A stretch of 64,000 nucleotides of DNA, taken from assembly GCA_963700145.1 (NCBI GenBank), contig OY969474.1, positions 2,976,001-3,040,000 of the forward strand, given 5' to 3'. The notes beneath the pieces were generated by a model. The model worked only from the letters and a program-made list of their open reading frames with translations. It was not told where the DNA came from and searched no databases. Within the stretch, counting starts at the first letter, position 1; each line of letters opens with the position of its first letter. A program made the position numbers and the translations under genes. Shown here one piece after another: positions 40,524 through 47,923 of the stretch. This DNA comes from an uncultured Acidobacteriota bacterium. Lineage in GTDB: Bacteria; Acidobacteriota; Thermoanaerobaculia; Multivoradales; UBA5704.

Positions 40524-41534
40524 GTGCAGCCTCTCGTCGAGGTCCGCGGCCTAGTCCGCCGCTTCGGTCCCGTCGCGGCGCTCGACGGCCTTACCTTCGC
40601 CCTCGCCGAGGGGGAGTGGGTGGCGGTCACCGGCCCCTCCGGCTCCGGCAAGACGACGCTCCTGAACGTCCTCGCCGGGCTCGACCGCCCGACCGCCGGC
40701 GAGGTGCGCGTCGCCGGCACCGATCTCGCCGGCCTCGCGCCGCGCGCCCTCGCCGCCTACCGCCGGCGCAGCGTCGGGCTCGTCTTCCAGCAGTTCCACC
40801 TGATGCCGTACCTGACGGCGCTCGAGAACGTGATGCTGGCGCAGTACGTCCACAGCATGACCGACCGCGCCGAGGCCGCCGAGGCGCTCGCCCGCGTCGG
40901 GCTCGCCGACCGCCTCCACCACCTGCCGGCGCAGCTCTCCGGCGGCGAGCAGCAGCGCGTCTGCCTGGCGCGCGCGCTGATCAACCACCCGCCGCTGGTC
41001 CTCGCCGACGAGCCGACCGGCAACCTCGACGCCGCCAACCAGGCAGTGGTGATGGCGCTCCTCGCCGACCTCCACCGGCGCGGCCACACGGTGGTGCTCG
41101 TCACCCACGACCCGGCGCTCGCCGCCCGCGCCGATCGCGAGCTGCGGCTGGAGCACGGCCGCTTCGCGCCGCCGCCGCACGGCGAGGCGGCGCCCGACCG
41201 CCTCCTCGCCGACCTCTGGCACGCGCTGGAGGAGGAGGGCGCGCGGGTGTCGACGACGCGCGCCGGGGTGCCGGAGCTGCTGGCCGAAGGGTTCCTCGGC
41301 GCCGAGACCGGGGCCGGCGTGGCGTTCACGCCGGCTGGGCGCCAGGCGGCCCTTGCCGCCGTGCGGCGGGTGCGGCTGGCCGAAGCCCTCCTCGCCCGCA
41401 CGCTCGGCCGCTGCACGACCGAGTGCGGCCGCGAGACGCCGCTCGCCCCCGGCTGGGAGGAGCAGGTGGCGGAGTTCCTGGGCCGGCCGGAGCTCTGCCC
41501 GCACGGGCGGCCGATCGGCGAGGTGGCCGGGTGA
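40524..41534 (+). CDS. ABC ATP-binding protein with a C-terminal DtxR/MntR-like segment
   Basis: GPSGSGKTT, LSGGEQQRV, DEPTGNLD; tail FTPAGRQAA...RRVRLAEALL...LGRPELCPHGRPI. Confidence 0.85.
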   Translation: MQPLVEVRGLVRRFGPVAALDGLTFALAEGEWVAVTGPSGSGKTTLLNVLAGLDRPTAGEVRVAGTDLAGLAPRALAAYRRRSVGLVFQQFHLMPYLTALENVMLAQYVHSMTDRAEAAEALARVGLADRLHHLPAQLSGGEQQRVCLARALINHPPLVLADEPTGNLDAANQAVVMALLADLHRRGHTVVLVTHDPALAARADRELRLEHGRFAPPPHGEAAPDRLLADLWHALEEEGARVSTTRAGVPELLAEGFLGAETGAGVAFTPAGRQAALAAVRRVRLAEALLARTLGRCTTECGRETPLAPGWEEQVAEFLGRPELCPHGRPIGEVAG

Positions 41535-42547
41535 GGGGGGCGAGAGCGGCGGCGACGGCGGGCGTCGCGCTGATCTCCGCGGCCGTCGGTGCGGTGGCGG
41601 TGCCTTCGTCTCCCCCGACGGCGTTCGTCGAGCGCCGCATGGGGATGATGGGCACGACCCTGGTCCTGAGAGTCGAGGCCGGCGACCGCGCCGCCGCCCT
41701 CGCGGCGAGCGAGCGGGCGGCGAGAGCGCTCGAAGCCGCGGAGGCCCGCCTCTCGACCTGGCGCGACGACACCGAGCTGGCGCGGCTCAATCGCGCCCCG
41801 ATCGGAAGAGCGGTTCCGCTCTCTGCGTCGCTCGCGGAGGAGCTGGCCGCGGCGCGCAGGTGCTGGCAGGAGACGGACGGCGCCTTCGATCCGGCGATCG
41901 GCGAGCTGGTCGCGGCGTGGGGCCTCCGCACCGGCGGAAAGATTCCGGGTAAGGAGGAACGGGAGGAGGCGCGGGTGGCGAGCGGCTTGGACGGCCTCCG
42001 CATCTCGACGTCTGCCGCCGTGCGCCGGCGCGAAGGGGCCGTGATCGAGGAAGGCGCTTTCGGCAAGGGCGCGGGTCTCGCGGCGGCGCTCGACGTCTTG
42101 TCGTCCCTACCCGGAATCCGTTCCGCCGTCCTCGACCTCGGCGGCCAGCTCGCCTTCCTCGGTGCCGGCCGCCGCGAGGTGCTGATCGCCGACCCGCGCC
42201 GGCGCGACCGGCCGGTGCTGGCGCTCGCCGTCGAGGCCGGCTCCGTCTCAACGTCGAGCGACTCCGAGCGGCCCGGCCACCTGCTCGACCCGCGCACCGG
42301 CGAGCCGGCCGCGGACTTCGGCAGCCTCACGGTCTGGGCCGCCGACCCGCTGCGCGCCGACTGCCTCTCGACCGGGCTCTTCGTGCTCGGTCCGGAGCAA
42401 GCGCTTGAGTGGGCGGCCGCGCGGACCGATGTCGAAGTACTGGCGCTGGTGAGCGCAGGCGGACGGCTACGCGCCCTCGCCACGCCCGGCCTTGCCGGGC
42501 GCTTGCGGCCGCTGGTGGAGGAAATCGAGATTCGGCAAGAGAACTGA
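41531..42547 (+). CDS. apbE: FAD:protein FMN transferase
   Basis: MGT, LSTWRDDTELARLN, TDGAFDP, GKG, VSTS, HLLDPRTG, ADCLSTGLFVLG. Confidence 0.88.
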   Translation: MRGARAAATAGVALISAAVGAVAVPSSPPTAFVERRMGMMGTTLVLRVEAGDRAAALAASERAARALEAAEARLSTWRDDTELARLNRAPIGRAVPLSASLAEELAAARRCWQETDGAFDPAIGELVAAWGLRTGGKIPGKEEREEARVASGLDGLRISTSAAVRRREGAVIEEGAFGKGAGLAAALDVLSSLPGIRSAVLDLGGQLAFLGAGRREVLIADPRRRDRPVLALAVEAGSVSTSSDSERPGHLLDPRTGEPAADFGSLTVWAADPLRADCLSTGLFVLGPEQALEWAAARTDVEVLALVSAGGRLRALATPGLAGRLRPLVEEIEIRQEN

Positions 42548-42551
42548 ACCC

Positions 42552-42598
42552 GGGACGGAGGGTGGCGGCTTGCCAACCGGTGTCCACCCACCGTCCCT
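42552..42598. repeat. intergenic stem-loop between apbE and the porin gene
   Basis: gggacgg-agggtgg ... ccaccc-accgtccc. Confidence 0.5.
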
Positions 42599-42641
42599 TG
42601 ACCCGCGCGGGCGAGCCCGCGCGAGCACCAGGAGGATACAG

Positions 42642-44066
42642 ATGTCGGAGCGGTTCGCGAAGTGTGTGGGTAGGTGTGGCGCGGCGCTGCTGGTCCTGGC
42701 GGCGCTGGCGCTGCCGGGCGCGGCCATGCCGCTGGCGGCGCAGGAGGTGGAGGGAGACCAGGCGACGGAGCGCGACCGGCTCGAGGCCCTCGAGCAGGAG
42801 ATCACGGAGCTGCGCGCGGAGATCGAGCGCCTCAAGCGGGCGACCCCGCAAGCGGGCGAGCCCGCGCCCGCACCCGACGACGGCCGCCTCGCGGAGCTGG
42901 AGCGCCGCATCGAGGTGCTCGCGGAGGAGATCGAGAAGCTGACGCTCGGCGAGGCGGCGGCGCAGGCCGACCGCGGCGAGTTCGGGCTGGGGCCGGCGGC
43001 GTCGAAGGTCTACCGCACCGGCGAGGGGCTGTCGATCGGCGGTTACGGCGAGCTGCTCTACGAGAATTTCGATTCGTCGCGCGACGACGGCGCCGCCTCG
43101 GGCCGCACCGACCGCTTCGACCTGCTGCGCGGCGTCCTCTACTTCGGCTACAAGTGGAACGACCGCTGGCTGCTCAACTCGGAGGTCGAGTACGAGCACG
43201 GCGCCACTGACAAGGGAGGGTCGGTCGCGGTCGAGTTCGCCTACGTCGATTACCTCTGGCGGCCGGCGCTCGGCCTGCGCGCCGGTCTGCTGCTGGTGCC
43301 GATGGGGTTCTTGAACGAGCTGCACGAGCCGACGGTCTTTCTCGGCGCGCGGCGGCCCGGTGTCGAGACCGCGATCATCCCCACGACCTGGCGCGAGAAC
43401 GGGCTCGGGGTGTTCGGCGAGACCGGCAATCTCACCTACCGCGCCTACGTGGTGAACGGCCTCGACGCGGCGGGGTTCACCGCTGGCGGGCTGCGCGGCG
43501 GGCGGCAGAAGGGGGCGCAGGCGAAGGCGGAGGACTTCGCGCTGGTCGGACGCTTGGACTGGCGGCCGGCGCCGGGATTGCTGGTCGGCGGGTCGGCGTA
43601 CTTCGGCGATTCGGGGCAGGGGTTGCGGGGGCTGGATGTGGGGACGCGGATCCTGGAGGCGCACGCGGAGTGGCGGTGGCAGGGGTTGGAGGTGCGGGGG
43701 CTGCTGGCGCGGGCGGAGCTGGACGAGGTGGGGGCGCTGAACTCGGCGCTGGGGTTGACGGGGGCTGCTTCGGTGGGCGAGGAGATGGAGGGGTGGTATG
43801 CGCAGGTTGGGTATGACGTGTTCTCGCGGTGGGGGCGGGGGGAGCAGTCGTTGACGCCTTATCTGCGGTGGGAGGAGATGGATACGCAGGCGGCGGTGCC
43901 GGCGGGGTTCCGGGCTGGCGCGGCGAACGATGTGGAGACGCTGACGCTTGGGGTGGCTTATCAGCCGATCGACTCGGTGATCCTGAAGATCGATCATCAG
44001 GACTTCGACAACGGGGCGGGGACTGGGGTGGATCAGTTCAACGTGTTGCTGGGGTACATCTTCTGA
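42642..44066 (+). CDS. outer-membrane beta-barrel porin with N-terminal coiled coil
   Basis: RBS AGGAGG, signal peptide, SIGGYGE, SEVEYEH, VEFAYVDY, NELHEPT, terminal GYIF. Confidence 0.85.
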   Translation: MSERFAKCVGRCGAALLVLAALALPGAAMPLAAQEVEGDQATERDRLEALEQEITELRAEIERLKRATPQAGEPAPAPDDGRLAELERRIEVLAEEIEKLTLGEAAAQADRGEFGLGPAASKVYRTGEGLSIGGYGELLYENFDSSRDDGAASGRTDRFDLLRGVLYFGYKWNDRWLLNSEVEYEHGATDKGGSVAVEFAYVDYLWRPALGLRAGLLLVPMGFLNELHEPTVFLGARRPGVETAIIPTTWRENGLGVFGETGNLTYRAYVVNGLDAAGFTAGGLRGGRQKGAQAKAEDFALVGRLDWRPAPGLLVGGSAYFGDSGQGLRGLDVGTRILEAHAEWRWQGLEVRGLLARAELDEVGALNSALGLTGAASVGEEMEGWYAQVGYDVFSRWGRGEQSLTPYLRWEEMDTQAAVPAGFRAGAANDVETLTLGVAYQPIDSVILKIDHQDFDNGAGTGVDQFNVLLGYIF

Positions 44067-44803
44067 TGGTGCATGGCGTAACGGTGGCGAGGGGGTACCG
44101 GGGGGCTTGCGCAGGGGACCGGCGCGAGCCAAAAGGCCTTCGGGAGGGGGGCTCGCGCCTGCGCTTCGCTGCGCGCGGGATCGTCGAGGCCTGCGGAAGG
44201 AGTTGCCGGCGCTTGCGAAGAGCTCCCCTGCGCAAGCCCCCCGGTACCCCGGGACCGTTCCCTCGCTACCTGAAAAGACTGGCGCTCGCCGTCGGGTTCG
44301 TGTCGCTGTCGGGGACTCTGCATGCGAAGGTGTTTCTGACTGTGGACGAAGCGCTTCGGCTGGCTTTTCCGGACGCCAAGGTTGAGCGGCGCACGAGCTA
44401 TCTCACCGAGCAGCAACGGAACAAGGCGACCGAGTTGGCGGGGATTCCGGTGCCTTCGCGGTTGGTGCATGCCTACGTCGCTACGGCGGGTGGTCGGGCG
44501 GTGGGGACGGCTTACTTCGATACGCACCGCGTGCGGACGTTGCCGGAGACGGTGATGGTGGTGCTCGATCCTTCGGGGAAGGTGCGGCGGGTGGAGGTGT
44601 TGTCGTTCAATGAGCCGCAGGATTACTTGCCGGGGGGAGGCTGGTATGGGCAGTTCGCGGGGCGGGGGTTGGACGAGCGGCTGGCTTTGAAGCGGGACAT
44701 CCGGCCGCTGACGGGGGCGACGTTGACGGCGCGGGCGACGACGTCCGCGGTGCGGCGGGTGTTGGCGGTGCATCGGGTGCTCCAGGAGGGGGCGGCGCGG
44801 TGA
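44066..44803 (+). CDS. FMN-binding domain protein (flavinylation target); N-terminus contains an in-frame palindromic element
   Basis: TGATG coupling to the porin; LTGATLT motif; EVLSFNEPQDY. Confidence 0.82.
   Translation: MVHGVTVARGYRGACAGDRREPKGLREGGSRLRFAARGIVEACGRSCRRLRRAPLRKPPGTPGPFPRYLKRLALAVGFVSLSGTLHAKVFLTVDEALRLAFPDAKVERRTSYLTEQQRNKATELAGIPVPSRLVHAYVATAGGRAVGTAYFDTHRVRTLPETVMVVLDPSGKVRRVEVLSFNEPQDYLPGGGWYGQFAGRGLDERLALKRDIRPLTGATLTARATTSAVRRVLAVHRVLQEGAAR
44092..44250 (+). repeat. 159-bp structured palindromic element (copy B)
   Basis: Perfect 27-bp terminal inverted repeat (44092-44118 / 44224-44250); core homologous to the reverse complement of 20082-20248. Confidence 0.85.
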
Positions 44804-45300
44804 GCCGGTTCGAGGCCTGGCTGGCGCACATGGCGACGATCCTGGTCGGCGGCACGGGGCTGGTGTACGCCTGGATGCGCTACGTGATGCAGCCGCTGGA
44901 GCCGTTCGCGGTGGTCAATCATCCGCTGCAGCCGACGGTGCAGCACCTGCACGTGCTGGTGGCGCCGCTGCTGGTGTTCGTCGCCGGGCAGATCTGGTAC
45001 CGGCACGCCTGGATGCACTGGAAGAAGGGGGTGCCGCAGGGGCGGCGGAGCGGCATCGGGCTGGCGCTGACGCTGGTGCCGATGGTGGTCTCGGGGTACT
45101 TGATCCAGACGACGGTGTCGGAGGGGTGGCGGACGGCCTGGGTCGTCGTCCACTGCACGGCCTCGGCGCTCTGGATCGCCGGCTATCTAGGCCACCAGCT
45201 GGCGCGTCAGGCGGGGGGCCGGTCCGCGGGGGAGACCAGCCCGTCGAGCACCGCCGCGAACGCGGCGCGCGTCTCGCGCGGGCCGTACGCGGCCGGGTAG
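44800..45300 (+). CDS. 4-TM His-rich membrane protein (putative cytochrome b-like electron donor)
   Basis: Four hydrophobic helices with His (QHLHV, RHAWMH, VVHC, LGHQ); GTGA coupling. Confidence 0.65.
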   Translation: MSRFEAWLAHMATILVGGTGLVYAWMRYVMQPLEPFAVVNHPLQPTVQHLHVLVAPLLVFVAGQIWYRHAWMHWKKGVPQGRRSGIGLALTLVPMVVSGYLIQTTVSEGWRTAWVVVHCTASALWIAGYLGHQLARQAGGRSAGETSPSSTAANAARVSRGPYAAG

Positions 45301-45863
45301 CCGACCCGGTCGGCGAGCAGGCGGTCGCGCAGCAACCCCTCGAAGGAACCGATCAGCACCGAGCGCGCCGCTTGGGGTTCCACGCCGGGGCGCAGCTCAC
45401 CGCTCTGCCGCAAGGCTTCGAGAAGGTTGTCGAGGACCTGGACGAGCTGCAGATAGCCGCTCGACAGCACCACGATCTGGCCGTGCCGGCGCATGCGCCG
45501 CCCCTCGAGGAGCATCAGGGTGCGCAGGTCGGCGTCGGACTCGAGGCCGGCGAAGAGCACATCGGACAGGAGGCGCAGCTTGGCGAGCGTCGTTCCCGGG
45601 CGCTGGAGCGCGACGCGGATCCCCTCCCCCAGCCGCGTCCAAGCCTCCTCGAAGATGGCGTCGAGCAGGCCCTCCTTGCCGCGGAAGTGCTTGATGAGCT
45701 GGGACTCGCTGGTGCCGGCGGCGCGGGCGATGGCGGCCGTCGTGGTGCTCTCGTAGCCCTCGCGGGCGAAGAGTTGGCGGGCCGCCTGGAGGATGCGGTC
45801 GTGCGAGGAGAGCTCGGCCGGCTCCTCGGGGGACCGGCCCTGGGTCAGGGCGGACTTGGCCAC
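45207..45863 (-). CDS. TetR/AcrR-family regulator
   Basis: RILQAARQLFAREGYESTTTAAIARAAGTSESQLIKHFRGKEGL. Confidence 0.92.
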   Translation of the reverse strand: MAKSALTQGRSPEEPAELSSHDRILQAARQLFAREGYESTTTAAIARAAGTSESQLIKHFRGKEGLLDAIFEEAWTRLGEGIRVALQRPGTTLAKLRLLSDVLFAGLESDADLRTLMLLEGRRMRRHGQIVVLSSGYLQLVQVLDNLLEALRQSGELRPGVEPQAARSVLIGSFEGLLRDRLLADRVGYPAAYGPRETRAAFAAVLDGLVSPADRPPA

Positions 45864-45873
45864 GGCGGGGCGG

Positions 45874-45949
45874 ATGATAGGGCGGCATTGCGCTTTTTGC
45901 AATAGTCGTACTACTACTATTGACACCCGCCGCCGGCCGCTGGCAGAAT
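45874..45949. promoter_or_regulatory. divergent promoters with a palindromic operator
   Basis: Minus: TTGCAA-17-TATCAT; plus: TTGACA(45920)-18-CAGAAT with extended TG; operator caatagtcgta-c-tactactattg at 45900-45922 overlaps both -35 boxes. Confidence 0.75.
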
Positions 45950-46012
45950 CCCCGCCTGGCCCCGTGCACGGGCCTTGCAGGCTGAGCCGCTGGCTGTTTT
46001 TGGGGGGATGAA

Positions 46013-46858
46013 ATGAAACGGACAGCCGTCCTCTTCTCTTTTGCCTTCCTCTGTCTAGTCGCCGCCCCGGCGCTCCGCGCCCAGGGGATCGTCAACCCGG
46101 TCGTCTCGGGCGACACGCTCACCGCGCAGATCGCGCTTCCCGGGGGAATCGGCGCCGACCTGACGATCACCTTCGAGCGGGCGGTGGGGCTCACACCCGA
46201 CGCCCTCGGGCTCTCGGCCCGGCTCGTCAGCCTGCCCGACCTCTCGATCCTCTCGCGCCTCACCAGCGGCCTCTCGATCCCCATCGGCTTCCCGGTCCTC
46301 CTTTCGATCGAGCCGCCGGCCACCGGCGGCCTCTCCTTCAGCGGCATCGCCGCCGTCGGCTTCCACACGCACAACTTGAACTTCACCGCCAACACCCCGC
46401 TCCGCCTCTTCAAGTCCAGCGACGGCGGCCCCTTCGAGGACGTCACCGAGACGATGGGGATGGGCAGCTACCGCGCCCGCGGCACGAGCCCCGGCTTCTC
46501 CCAGTGGCTGATCGTGGCCGACATCCGGCCGCTCAACTCCGTCATCGCCGGCAAGTTCAACCGCCTGCAGGGCCTGCTCGCCGAGCACGAGGCGGCGATC
46601 CCGGCGGAGATCCACACCGACCTCGTCGACCAACTGGCGTCGGCCCGCGCCTCCTACCAGGCCGGCGCCCTGGTGACGGCGATCCAGAAGGTCGAGGGCT
46701 TCGCCGCGACAGTCCAGGCGCACAGCGGCAGCGAGATCCCCGACGTCTGGCGCTCGGCCCGCGACCTCACCAACGTCGCCGGCGCCCTGCGCGCCGCGGC
46801 CGGGACATTGCGCTTCAGCATCAATTTGAAGAGCAACGGCGGCGGCGGGCTCCTGTGA
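46013..46858 (+). CDS. secreted protein of unknown function (beta-rich N-domain, helical C-domain)
   Basis: Signal peptide ending ALRA; HTHNL-x5-PLRLFKS, GSYRARG, FSQWLIVADIR, IPDVWRS. Confidence 0.8.
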   Translation: MKRTAVLFSFAFLCLVAAPALRAQGIVNPVVSGDTLTAQIALPGGIGADLTITFERAVGLTPDALGLSARLVSLPDLSILSRLTSGLSIPIGFPVLLSIEPPATGGLSFSGIAAVGFHTHNLNFTANTPLRLFKSSDGGPFEDVTETMGMGSYRARGTSPGFSQWLIVADIRPLNSVIAGKFNRLQGLLAEHEAAIPAEIHTDLVDQLASARASYQAGALVTAIQKVEGFAATVQAHSGSEIPDVWRSARDLTNVAGALRAAAGTLRFSINLKSNGGGGLL

Positions 46859-46894
46859 CGAGCTGAGGGTCTCTGTGACAATCTGAGCGTCGGC

Positions 46895-47923
46895 ATGGCC
46901 GCGCGCCTGATCCTCCACCTGCCGATGGGTCCGGCCCGCGTCGTCGACCTCGCGGACGACCGCGAGCTGGTGGTGGGCCGCGAGGCGGGCTGCGAGGTGC
47001 TGCTCGACGACGATCGGGTCTCCCGGAACCACGCCCGCCTCACCCCGCCGGCGCGCGACGGCGAGCTCTGGATGCTCAGCGACCTGGAGTCGAAGAACGG
47101 CACCGCCGTCGACGGCGTGCCGGTCAAGGTCGCGCCCCTCCCCGACCGCTGCTGGGTCAACTTCGGCGGCCTCCTCGCCCGCTTCGAGCGCGTCGAGCTG
47201 GCCGAGAGCCACGACGAGCGCCTCCGCCGCTGGCGCACCTCGCTCGACCTCTCCCGCGGCCTCGCCCCGGCCGAGGGGCTCGAGCGCCTGCTGCGCCGCA
47301 TCCTCGACTCCGTCCTGGCGCTTTCCGGCGCCGAGCGCGGCATGGTGCTGCTGGCCGAAGCGGGAGGCGACCTGACGATCGCCGCCACCGCCGGCATCAC
47401 CTCTTCCGACCTGGCCGACGCCGAGTTCTCGGGCAGCGTCGCCGCCGTCGAGCGGGTGCTCGCCACCGGCCGCCCCTTCGCCACCTCCGACGTGCGCAGC
47501 GACGCCTACCTGGGCGAGCGGCCGAGCGTCCTGCGCGAGGGGATCCGCGCCCTCCTCTGCGTGCCGCTCAAGGTGCTCGACCGGCTGGCCGGCGCCGTCT
47601 ACGCCGACAGCCGCCGCCCGGGCGCCGCCTTCACCGAGCTGGACCTCGAGATCCTCGAGGGGCTGGCGTCGCAGGCGGGGATGGCGATCGCCGTCGCCCG
47701 CCTCGACCACGAGCTGCACGCCCTGGCCCACGAGCTGGAGGCCGAGGGACCGGCTGGCCGCTCCTGGGGAGAGCGCTTCGAAGAAGTGCTCGACCGCTCG
47801 CTCGGGCCCCACCTGCTGCCAGGCCGCGCCGCCGCCGCGGCCTCCGCCACCGCCACCGGCGCCCCCACCACCTGGCACGGGGTCCTCGCCAGCCACCGCC
47901 GCCCGCTCGGGGTGGAGGAGTGA
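46895..47923 (+). CDS. FHA + GAF domain protein with no output domain
   Basis: FHA: VVGR...VSRNHA...DLESKNGT; GAF: AERGMVLL...ALLCVPL...GAVYADS...FTELDLEIL. Confidence 0.88.
   Translation: MAARLILHLPMGPARVVDLADDRELVVGREAGCEVLLDDDRVSRNHARLTPPARDGELWMLSDLESKNGTAVDGVPVKVAPLPDRCWVNFGGLLARFERVELAESHDERLRRWRTSLDLSRGLAPAEGLERLLRRILDSVLALSGAERGMVLLAEAGGDLTIAATAGITSSDLADAEFSGSVAAVERVLATGRPFATSDVRSDAYLGERPSVLREGIRALLCVPLKVLDRLAGAVYADSRRPGAAFTELDLEILEGLASQAGMAIAVARLDHELHALAHELEAEGPAGRSWGERFEEVLDRSLGPHLLPGRAAAAASATATGAPTTWHGVLASHRRPLGVEE

Noticed and set aside
45207-45300. 94-bp convergent overlap between the membrane protein and tetR as antisense regulation
   Set aside because: More simply explained by stop-codon loss giving a low-complexity tail.
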